Shown: in pieces, positions 8,627 to 16,160 of the stretch
Layout of the letters: each line of letters starts with the position of its first letter
How positions within the stretch are numbered: the stretch's first letter is position 1
NCBI GenBank assembly: GCA_964620795.1
Contig: CAZUHX010000007.1
Span: forward strand, 1 to 36,360
DNA from: an uncultured Chitinophagaceae bacterium
GTDB taxonomy: Bacteria > Bacteroidota > Bacteroidia > Chitinophagales > LD1
Direction: 5' to 3'
Length of the DNA stretch: 36,360 bases
Position numbers and translations under genes: made by a program
The notes under the pieces: generated by a model
What the model saw: only the letters and a program-made list of their open reading frames with translations
What the model was told of the DNA's origin: nothing
Databases searched by the model: none

Positions 8627-9484
8627 ATGAAAAAAATTACCCAGATTGCCCTCGTAGCAGCAGGTCTTTTCGTGTCCGGCTCAGCCTTCTCGCAGGCCTG
8701 CCCCGGCGGAACCTTTGGTTCCAATGTTTGTACTCCCCTTGGTAACCTGATCGAGCCGGGACTTTATCCCAAGCCGGACTCACTTCCCTGCGTGTTCCAG
8801 GGTCAGTATGCCGACATCACCCTTCAGTTCAAAAACTTCGATAGTCTTGAGTTTGGTGGTCAGAAAGTAAGGATTCACAAAATCACCGTAAACTCTATTA
8901 CCAACCTCCCTTGCGGAATGTGCTGGTCAACCAACAAGTCTGACAACAGCTGGGCCAATCAGGAAGATGGATGTATCCGTGTAGCCGGTACTACCAATGA
9001 CCCTGCCGGTCAGTACAAGCTGAATATCACCGTTAGTGCTTTGCTTGGTACTCCACCGCTCACTATTCCTATCAACAACATCAATGCAGATGCTGCAGGT
9101 CTTCGCTATGATGTGAAGGTTTACTCTGCAGGTGCCAATTGTCCTTTTCCTCAGAGCATCGATACTTCTATCACCGGACTTACAGCAGGAACCGGATGTG
9201 CAGTAGGGATCAACAATCCTTCCAGCGACATTTCAGGTGTGCAGATCACACCTAACCCTGTAAACAGCAATGCCGTTGTGAACTTCACAGCTGAGAAAAG
9301 TGGTGTTTACACAGAAACCATCACTGACCTTGTAGGTCGCACAGTGCATACTTCTCAAATTGAAGTAACACAGGGAGCCAACACTACGCAAATCAACCGC
9401 GGAAGCCTTCCTGCCGGAGTATATTTCTACAACCTCCGCAACGGAGCAGCTGTAGTATCTAAGAAATTCAGCATCAGCGAATAA
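8627..9484 (+). CDS. Secreted protein with T9SS C-terminal sorting domain; N-domain paralogous to 6656-7100
   Basis: Signal peptide ending SAFSQA. N-domain with 6 Cys. C-terminal sorting domain VQITPNPVNSNAVVNF...KKFSISE. Confidence 0.85.
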   Translation: MKKITQIALVAAGLFVSGSAFSQACPGGTFGSNVCTPLGNLIEPGLYPKPDSLPCVFQGQYADITLQFKNFDSLEFGGQKVRIHKITVNSITNLPCGMCWSTNKSDNSWANQEDGCIRVAGTTNDPAGQYKLNITVSALLGTPPLTIPINNINADAAGLRYDVKVYSAGANCPFPQSIDTSITGLTAGTGCAVGINNPSSDISGVQITPNPVNSNAVVNFTAEKSGVYTETITDLVGRTVHTSQIEVTQGANTTQINRGSLPAGVYFYNLRNGAAVVSKKFSISE

Positions 9485-9510
9485 TCGCTCGTAAGTCTTT
9501 AAGACAAGAG

Positions 9511-9533
9511 AACCGCCTTCGGGCGGTTTTTTT
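9511..9533 (+). terminator. Intrinsic terminator
   Basis: AACCGCC / TTCG / GGCGGTT followed by a T-run. Confidence 0.8.
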
Positions 9534-9550
9534 GTGGGCGTATAGAACCA

Positions 9551-9586
9551 AACAACCGTCAATAAATCGGGCGGTTGTTTTTTTTT
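9551..9586 (+). terminator. Second tandem hairpin plus T-run
   Basis: AACAACCG (9551-9558) pairs with CGGTTGTT (9572-9579) across a 13-nt loop. A run of T follows to 9586. Confidence 0.5.
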
Positions 9587-9623
9587 AGCAGCAGTCGTGG
9601 TATTTTCGGGAAAACCTATTTCT

Positions 9624-10088
9624 ATGAAGACTTTAGAAACATGGCTTTCAGAGTATGGAGAAAGCCATCAGAACTCACTTAATAAGGCCATTCACTGGCT
9701 GTGCATTCCGCTGATCTTTTTTAGCGTGGTTGGTTTTCTCTACTTGATTGAACTTCCATTTGAAGTCACCTCCGGTCTGAAGTTAAACATGGCCATGGTA
9801 GCCCTGCTTTTGGTCACGCTCTATTACATGGTACTCAGCAAAACACTTTGGATCGGCATGATGCTTTTTGCCGCAGTATGTGTGGCAGTTTGTTATCAGA
9901 TCAAGATGGCTGCCCTGCCTTTGGGCTGGATATCCCTGGCAGTTTTTGTAGTAGCCTGGATATTTCAGTTTTATGGCCACAAGGTTGAGGGCAAAAAGCC
10001 TTCATTCATCAAAGATCTTCAGTTTCTGATGATCGGTCCTGCCTGGCTCATGAGCTTTCTTTACAAAAAAGCCGGGCTTTCATACTGA
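9624..10088 (+). CDS. DUF962 (Mpo1/YGL010w-like) membrane protein
   Basis: N-terminus MKTLETWLSEYGESHQNSLNKAIHWLCIPLIFF and four predicted TM helices with a late HKVEGKKPSF motif, typical of DUF962. The start is moved from GTG 9597 to ATG 9624. Confidence 0.75.
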   Translation: MKTLETWLSEYGESHQNSLNKAIHWLCIPLIFFSVVGFLYLIELPFEVTSGLKLNMAMVALLLVTLYYMVLSKTLWIGMMLFAAVCVAVCYQIKMAALPLGWISLAVFVVAWIFQFYGHKVEGKKPSFIKDLQFLMIGPAWLMSFLYKKAGLSY

Positions 10089-10153
10089 ACATTTGATTTT
10101 TTGTAAGCTCATTACTTTGCGTGTTTTATCTTTTAAATATGAATTCAACATAT

Positions 10154-11017
10154 ATGAAAAAAGTGGTTTTTATTGTTTTGTTGCTTAGTGGTTATTCTAT
10201 TTCTAAATCGGTAGCTGCAAGCTCTGCCGAGACGCGGGATATTGTTTCCAAAATGCTGAAAGCCATTCAGCAGCATAGCGGAGCAGAATATGTAATGAAG
10301 GGAGTGGAGCGTCTTCCGGGAAAGCAGGAATACCGAACCACGGAGCTTTTTACCCGTATCAATGTTGCTCCGCTTAAGATATATGCGCGTTTGTTGAGTG
10401 AGCCGAATAAGGGCACTGAAATGCTTTATGTGAAAGGTCAAAGGGGCGAAAAGATTTTGGTGAATGCCGGCAAGTTTCTTCCCAATGTGAAGCTTTCTCA
10501 TACCAGCTCGCTGCTTACAAAAGACCAGCATCACACCATACTTCGTTCTGGGTTTAAAATGGTGAATGAGCTGATCAGCGATGGAATTCGGCGTGCAGAC
10601 AAGCAAAATGGCTTTGAAAAAGCTTTTCGTCTAGAGTCTGAAGTGGTTTTTCAGGGACGCCCATGTTATAAACTGGTGATTGAAGATCCTACTTATGAGA
10701 TGACCTCCTACAAAGCTCAGGCAGGAGAGATGCTTGACGATGTAGCTCGGAAATTGTTGATCCCGGAATATGCCATTATGGAATGGAACGGAGTGAGAAG
10801 TTTTGAGACCGATTTGGGCGGTAAAACATTAAAGGTACCCAGTTCTTATGCCAAAAAATCGGTGCTCTATATAGACAAACAATACTTCTTTCCTTTGTAT
10901 CAGGAATTGTGGGATGATAAAGGAGTATTTGAAAAATATGAATACTCAAACTTGAAGATCAGTCCCAATTTTGATGTTGCAGAGTTTACTGAATCCGGTG
11001 CGGGTTACAGTTTCTGA
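10154..11017 (+). CDS. Secreted DUF1571-like protein with an embedded LysM-like segment
   Basis: Signal peptide MKKVVFIVLLLSGYSISKSVAA. LysM-like stretch YKAQAGEMLDDVARKLLIPEYAIMEWNGV...LGGKTLKVP. The family call is from memory and is moderate at best. Confidence 0.6.
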   Translation: MKKVVFIVLLLSGYSISKSVAASSAETRDIVSKMLKAIQQHSGAEYVMKGVERLPGKQEYRTTELFTRINVAPLKIYARLLSEPNKGTEMLYVKGQRGEKILVNAGKFLPNVKLSHTSSLLTKDQHHTILRSGFKMVNELISDGIRRADKQNGFEKAFRLESEVVFQGRPCYKLVIEDPTYEMTSYKAQAGEMLDDVARKLLIPEYAIMEWNGVRSFETDLGGKTLKVPSSYAKKSVLYIDKQYFFPLYQELWDDKGVFEKYEYSNLKISPNFDVAEFTESGAGYSF

Positions 11018-11354
11018 CAGAGCAGATGTTTTTTTTACTTAAGCTCTTGTGTAGCGCATGAAATAAGCGGCTCTGCCCTTAAGATTTTTTGAAGATATTC
11101 GCTCAGGTATATACTTGCTTTGGTCATTCAACTGTATATACGGGTCCGGGCTTTTCTCTGTGGTAACTTATCAATCGGGTGTCTTAGAGAATTAAAGTAT
11201 GCAGGATTTTTATGGTGGGAGTATCGGGTGTTTTGACATTTGAACTTAAGGCCGGAGCTGCTGGAGGACTCCTGATTGCATTGGTTGCGGAATGTGTTTA
11301 CTTAATGAGTTTAAAGACGTTCTGATGCTGTTTTAAGATCAGATTGGAGCAGAA

Positions 11355-11500
11355 GGAATGCGTGAGGGGCAGGAATGGGCCCAAAGGGCGCCGGCGAAAG
11401 CCGGCCGAAGCGCAGCGAAGCCATGGATGACCCGACCACTGCGCGGCACCGGGAAGGTTGTAATAAAGTATTTCACTGCTTGCAGCGCAGTGGGCACGCC
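11355..11500. repeat. G+C-rich multi-hairpin intergenic element, copy B
   Basis: 64 of 90 nt are G+C over 11361-11450 by hand count. Perfect hairpin GCCGGC-GAAA-GCCGGC at 11390-11405. A 9-bp long-range pairing joins CCACTGCGC (11436-11444) and GCGCAGTGG (11485-11493). The motif order is shared with copy C. Confidence 0.55.
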
Positions 11501-11504
11501 CAAT

Positions 11505-11531
11505 TAAAAAAGCCTCCCGAAACGGAAGGCT
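11505..11531 (-). terminator. Intrinsic terminator after tRNA-Leu
   Basis: Minus strand reads AGCCUUCCG-UUU-CGGGAGGCU followed by UUUUUU. The single + strand C.A mismatch becomes a G.U wobble on the minus strand. Confidence 0.75.
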
Positions 11532-11539
11532 TGATTGTG

Positions 11540-11623
11540 TGCCCAGGACGAGATTCGAACTCGTACACCCTTGCAGGCGCTACCCCCTCAAAGTAGTGTG
11601 TCTACCAGTTCCACCACCTGGGC
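11540..11623 (-). tRNA. tRNA-Leu (anticodon GAG), long variable arm
   Basis: Minus-strand fold with acceptor GCCCAGG/CCTGGGC, anticodon stem CTACT/GGTAG with loop TTGAGGG, long variable arm, and T arm ACGAG-TTCGAAT-CTCGT. Length 84 nt. Confidence 0.9.
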
Positions 11624-11664
11624 AGGGGCCGCAAAAGTAGGAGATCGGCAGGAATTGACCAAAT

Positions 11665-12666
11665 TTATTGGCCGGAGAAAAGGCTTAGGATATAGTAGGT
11701 AAGTCCGCCAACGGCAGCAGAGGCGGGGATGGTGAGGATCCAGGCGATGAGGATGTTTCCGGCTACACCCCAGCGTACGGCAGAGAGGCGCTTGGTCATG
11801 CCGGTTCCCATGATGCAACCGGTGATGGTATGCGTGGTAGATGCGGGGATTCCCGTTATAGCGGTGAGGGCGAGGGTTGCAGCTCCACCGGTCTCGGCGC
11901 AGAAGCCTTCAAACGGTTTGAGTTTGGCGATTTTCTGTCCCATGGTTTTCACGATTCTCCAGCCACCGAAAAGCGTACCCAGCCCCAGGGCCATGTAGCA
12001 GGAGATGACAACCCAGTTGGGGATGCCTTGTTCGTGGGTGCTGTAGCCGCTCACGATGAGGATTCCCCAGATGATGCCCATGGATTTTTGGGCATCGTTT
12101 CCTCCGTGACCGATAGAGAAAAGGGCAGAAGAGACGAGCTGTAGTTTCCGGAAGTAATTGTCTACCCGTGAGTAAGAGAAGTTTTTAGAGATGTTGATGA
12201 CAATGATGGAGATCGTGTAGGAAAAGAGGATGCCAATGAGCGGAGCGAGAACGATGAAGAAGAGAATAAGTTTGATTTCTATGAGCAGGGGCAGGAGATG
12301 ACCGAAACCGAGTTTTACGACTTTGGCGCCGAGGAAGCCGCCGATGAGTGCGTGTGAGGAACTGGAGGGTATGCCCCAGAACCAGGTAAGGAGATTCCAG
12401 AAAATGGCACCTACCAATCCGCCGCTGATGACTACAATGTTGGAGATGGAAGGATCAAGAATGGTTTTCATCATTTTCTCGGCCACTTTGTGTTCTTTAA
12501 AAATGGCGAAGGCGATGAAGTTGAAGAAGGCAGCCCAGGCCACGGCGGTAGCGGGAGAGAGCACACGGGTAGAGACAACGGTAGCGATGGAATTTGCGCA
12601 ATCGTGGAAGCCATTGATGAAATCAAAAATGAGCACCATGATCACCACAATGATGATGATTTCCAT
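11665..12666 (-). CDS. Inorganic phosphate transporter, PiT (PHO4) family
   Basis: N-terminal FINGFHDCANSIAT and the later repeat GHGGNDAQKSMG are the PiT signature pair, in a polytopic membrane protein. The start is set at ATG 12666 (MEIIIIVV...), 5 nt after the upstream stop, rather than ORF-track 12723. Confidence 0.9.
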   Translation of the reverse strand: MEIIIIVVIMVLIFDFINGFHDCANSIATVVSTRVLSPATAVAWAAFFNFIAFAIFKEHKVAEKMMKTILDPSISNIVVISGGLVGAIFWNLLTWFWGIPSSSSHALIGGFLGAKVVKLGFGHLLPLLIEIKLILFFIVLAPLIGILFSYTISIIVINISKNFSYSRVDNYFRKLQLVSSALFSIGHGGNDAQKSMGIIWGILIVSGYSTHEQGIPNWVVISCYMALGLGTLFGGWRIVKTMGQKIAKLKPFEGFCAETGGAATLALTAITGIPASTTHTITGCIMGTGMTKRLSAVRWGVAGNILIAWILTIPASAAVGGLTYYILSLFSGQ

Positions 12667-12671
12667 GGGGA

Positions 12672-13319
12672 TCAGGAGTTTTTGATGATCACTGATTCGA
12701 TGCTGTTGGCCACATCTTCGCACTTATCTGTGGCGAGTTCGAGGCTGCCGAGAATGCCTTTGATTTTGATGAGGCGTATGGGATCTTTTTCGTGGTCAAA
12801 GAGTTCCGCAATGGCAGAATCGTAAACATCATCTGCGTGATTTTCGAGGCTGTTAATTCTTACCAGAGCTTCTTTGATTCGGACGATATTGTTGAGATCG
12901 CGCAGGTTTGATACTGCTACGTGAACTTCCTTGGCACACCATTCAATGAGTTCGCCAAGTTTTTTCATTGCCGGAGTGATTTCATCTACTTTGTAAAGCT
13001 CTACTTGTTTGGCAGATCCGTGAATAAAGTCGGCTACATCGTCGAGTGAGGTGGCCAGATAGTGAATGTCTTCTCTGTCGAAGGGAGTGATGAAATTTGT
13101 GGAAAGTTCTTTGAAGATATCGTGGGTGATGGCATCGCCTTTGTGTTCTAGTTCTTCAATGAGTTTGAAGTATTCCATGCGCTTTTCGCGGGAATTGGTA
13201 TTGAGGAATTCCTTGAGTGCGGCTGAGATTTCAACCAGATTGGCAGAAGCCTGGGTGAAGAGGGTAAAGAAGATTTTGTCTTTAGGGACGAAGAAGGTGA
13301 GTATCTGATTGATGTTCAT
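12672..13319 (-). CDS. DUF47 / PhoU-like phosphate transport regulator (PiT-associated)
   Basis: 215-aa helical protein immediately upstream of PiT, which is the classic DUF47-PiT gene pair. Confidence 0.8.
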   Translation of the reverse strand: MNINQILTFFVPKDKIFFTLFTQASANLVEISAALKEFLNTNSREKRMEYFKLIEELEHKGDAITHDIFKELSTNFITPFDREDIHYLATSLDDVADFIHGSAKQVELYKVDEITPAMKKLGELIEWCAKEVHVAVSNLRDLNNIVRIKEALVRINSLENHADDVYDSAIAELFDHEKDPIRLIKIKGILGSLELATDKCEDVANSIESVIIKNS

Positions 13320-13354
13320 GGCAAAGATTGATTTTCAAAAATACGCTGCTTATG

Positions 13355-13371
13355 TTAAGAGAACATTAAGA
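13355..13371. promoter_or_regulatory. Direct repeat TTAAGA-N5-TTAAGA (11-bp period) in the divergent phosphate promoter region; candidate response-regulator site
   Basis: TTAAGA at 13355-13360 and at 13366-13371, between the DUF47/PiT operon and the phosphatase gene. Function is inferred only from geometry and context. Confidence 0.2.
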
Positions 13372-13447
13372 AGCAATGGAGTTGTTCCGGTTAGTTGGTT
13401 TTCGGCAGGTTTGGATTTTTGTATATTCAAGCTGTTAAATCAATCAT

Positions 13448-15121
13448 ATGAAAAGACTGTATGTTCTGCTGATAATAATGAGCAGCGCTATTTCTGCCGG
13501 CGCTGTGACTGCGGTGGTTGGGCCTTACCTTCAGTTGCCTACCACATCATCAATCAGGATTCTCTGGCGCACTGATGCTGCGGTAAACAGTACGGTTTGG
13601 TATGGTACGGATCCTGCCAATTTAAATATGACAGAGAACGATACTGCAGCAGTTACACAACACAATGTGTTGCTTAGTGGTCTTAGTTCATACACTCGCT
13701 ACTACTATGCGGTTGGATCAGATTCAGGCGTATTGGAGGGTGGGACCTCCGATTATACATTCCGCACGCATCCCGACACCAACAGGCAGGTTAGTGTGAA
13801 GGCATGGGTGATCGGGGATTTTGGAAAAGGCAACAGCAAGCAGGCTGAGGGGAGAAATTCTTTTACGGCTTTGCCCGACAGCAGAGAAACAGATGTATGG
13901 TTGTGGCTTGGAGATAATGTCTATTCCGATGGCCTGGAGCAGGAGTATCTCGACAAGGTAATGGATTCGGTTTGGGGCTACAGGAACATGATGCACTGGC
14001 TGCCGTTTTATCCTTGTCCGGGCAATCACGATTACAATGTGATTTCACCGGTAACAAATCCTGAGCCCCCACTTCAGCACAGAGGGCCGTATTACGAGTT
14101 TTTTGAAGGGTATAAAAATGGAGAGGCAGGAGGGGTTCCGACCGGTCATGAGTTGTTTTATTCTTTTGACTACGGAAATGTGCATTTCATGTCTTTGAAT
14201 TCAGAGTTAGGTTCGGTTTTGAGTCAGTCTGACGATTGGACAGGGGTGAGTCCTATTTTTAACTTTAATGGTTCTCCTTTTACCCGTTGGATGGAACAGG
14301 ATTTGCAGGCCAACAAAAAGCCATGGGTAGTGGCATACATTCATCAGCCGCCATACACCGATGGTTCACATGAGTCAACGGCTTTCTGGGAAGTCTACAT
14401 GCAGGCAGTGAGAGAAAATCTGATTCCCATTTTGGAGCGATATGGTGTTGATTTGGTTCTTGCAGGCCACAGTCATGTATATGAGCGCAGTCATTTAGTG
14501 AAAGGCTTATATGGTGACTTATCAGATTTTAATCCTTCCATGATTTTGGATGCAGGAAATGGAATTGAAACGCTTGACGGACCATACAAAAAATATACTC
14601 AGGGAACCAATGCCAATACAGGCACAGTTTATGTGGTGGCAGGAAACTCCGGCAGTTCGGAAACCGATGCGGGATTGGGTCATCCGCTGATGTATGCAGG
14701 ATATGCCTGCGATACATGCTGTGGTTCGTTTTTCTTTGAGGTTAACGGTAACCGACTGGACGGTAAGTTTCTGACCATGGGCGGGCAGTGGATCGACAGC
14801 TTTACCATTTTGAAGATTGATGGAGTGAATCAGGTTCGGTCAGAGGAGCAGGAAGCGTTTCTGCTTCGTGCGGAGCCGAATCCGGCGGGCCGCGACGGAA
14901 GAATTGTTTATGAAATCCCTTCCTCAGGCAAAGTTCAGTTATTTGCCACTGATGCATTGGGCAGGCACATAGAATTGTATTCAGCCCAGCAGCAAACTTC
15001 AGGCAAACACAGCTTTGCGCTTTCTGAGTTGAAGCGGCCGCTCGATGCGGGTCATTACCTCTTAAGGTTGATGCTGAACGGCAAGACGGTGAAGCTGAGC
15101 CGTTTTGTGCATGAATGGTAG
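13448..15121 (+). CDS. Secreted metallophosphoesterase (purple acid phosphatase-like) with T9SS C-terminal sorting domain
   Basis: Signal peptide, then an N-terminal PAP-type beta domain (GPYLQLPTTSSIRILWRTD). Calcineurin-like motifs GDFG, GDNVY, GNHD and GHSHVYER. C-terminal AEPNPAGRDGRIVYEI... sorting domain. Confidence 0.85.
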   Translation: MKRLYVLLIIMSSAISAGAVTAVVGPYLQLPTTSSIRILWRTDAAVNSTVWYGTDPANLNMTENDTAAVTQHNVLLSGLSSYTRYYYAVGSDSGVLEGGTSDYTFRTHPDTNRQVSVKAWVIGDFGKGNSKQAEGRNSFTALPDSRETDVWLWLGDNVYSDGLEQEYLDKVMDSVWGYRNMMHWLPFYPCPGNHDYNVISPVTNPEPPLQHRGPYYEFFEGYKNGEAGGVPTGHELFYSFDYGNVHFMSLNSELGSVLSQSDDWTGVSPIFNFNGSPFTRWMEQDLQANKKPWVVAYIHQPPYTDGSHESTAFWEVYMQAVRENLIPILERYGVDLVLAGHSHVYERSHLVKGLYGDLSDFNPSMILDAGNGIETLDGPYKKYTQGTNANTGTVYVVAGNSGSSETDAGLGHPLMYAGYACDTCCGSFFFEVNGNRLDGKFLTMGGQWIDSFTILKIDGVNQVRSEEQEAFLLRAEPNPAGRDGRIVYEIPSSGKVQLFATDALGRHIELYSAQQQTSGKHSFALSELKRPLDAGHYLLRLMLNGKTVKLSRFVHEW

Positions 15122-15179
15122 AAACAGAAGGCCGTTTGCCTTATTTCTTAGCAGGGATACTGCGACAATGAAATGGCAA

Positions 15180-16106
15180 TCAGCTCATACCTGATCTTTT
15201 CAGGAAGAAGGGCATTAATGCCTGCTGAAATGGACTGTTGATGTCAATCCGGACGAAGTCCATTTTATATTGAAGGCAGCGCAGTTCAATTTCCCGAAGA
15301 TACTTGGTGCTTTGTCTGCGAAAGGCTTCCTGTACTTCGGTGGTCTGCAATTTGATTTTTTCTCCTGTTTCAAGATCAACAAACTCCATGGGTCTGTTTT
15401 CGTAGCTGAATTCCTGTTCCTGTTCGTGGTCAGTAACGTGAAACACGATGACTTCGTGTTTATTGTATTTAAGGTGTTGAAGTGCCTGAAACAGAGATAG
15501 CGTTTCAGACTCGGGCTTACCGGTAAACATATCAGAGAAGATGAGTACAAGGGATCGTCGGTGTACGGCTTCTGCTATCTGGTGGATGACTGTTGCTATA
15601 TCGGTACCGTGTTTAAGTACAGTTTTTTCAGCGAGCAGGTTTTCAAGTTTGCTCATGAGCATTTGAAAGTGTCTCGGGGAAGTTCTGCATTCCGAATGCC
15701 ATTCAAGCTTATCAGAAAAAAGTGAGAGGCCGGCTGCATCTCTTTGTTTTTTAAGCAGATGGAGTATCGCAGCTGCACATACCGTTGAATATCCCAGCTT
15801 AGAGAAACCTGTAGCCTGTCTTGATTTCAGGTGCATAGAGGAAGAATGGTCGAGAACGATTTGACATCGCAGGTTTGTTTCTTCTTCAAATTTCTTGACA
15901 AACAGTTTGTCGGTGCGGGCAAAAACTTTCCAATCTATTCCCTTTAGGGACTCACCGGGATTGTAAAGTCTGTGCTCGGCAAACTCAACGGAGAAGCCGT
16001 GGTAAGGGCTTTTGTGAAGGCCAATGATAAATCCTTCCACCACCTGCCGCGCGAGGAGTTCCAGGTTTTCGATTCCTGTGATCTGGTTAGGATGCCTGAT
16101 AGACAT
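15180..16106 (-). CDS. DUF58 domain protein (vWA-like, MoxR/Bat-system associated family)
   Basis: The N-terminal motif HKSPYHGFSVEFAEHRLYNPGESLKGIDWKVFARTDKLFVKKFEEE is the DUF58 signature. Confidence 0.85.
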   Translation of the reverse strand: MSIRHPNQITGIENLELLARQVVEGFIIGLHKSPYHGFSVEFAEHRLYNPGESLKGIDWKVFARTDKLFVKKFEEETNLRCQIVLDHSSSMHLKSRQATGFSKLGYSTVCAAAILHLLKKQRDAAGLSLFSDKLEWHSECRTSPRHFQMLMSKLENLLAEKTVLKHGTDIATVIHQIAEAVHRRSLVLIFSDMFTGKPESETLSLFQALQHLKYNKHEVIVFHVTDHEQEQEFSYENRPMEFVDLETGEKIKLQTTEVQEAFRRQSTKYLREIELRCLQYKMDFVRIDINSPFQQALMPFFLKRSGMS

Positions 16107-16108
16107 GA

Positions 16109-16140
16109 ATAAAAAAACGCAGGGATTAAGCCTGCGTTTA
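16109..16140 (-). terminator. Intrinsic terminator after trxA
   Basis: ACGCAGG (16117-16123) and CCTGCGT (16131-16137) with a 7-nt loop. The + strand A-run at 16111-16117 gives a U-run on the minus strand. Confidence 0.7.
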
Positions 16141-16160
16141 TTGGTAAAGTTAGCAAAAAA

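Noticed and set aside
13309-13575. 88-aa ORF across the DUF47/phosphatase divergent region.
   Set aside because: It is out of frame with, and overlaps, the well-supported phosphatase start (13448, good signal peptide). No motifs are present.
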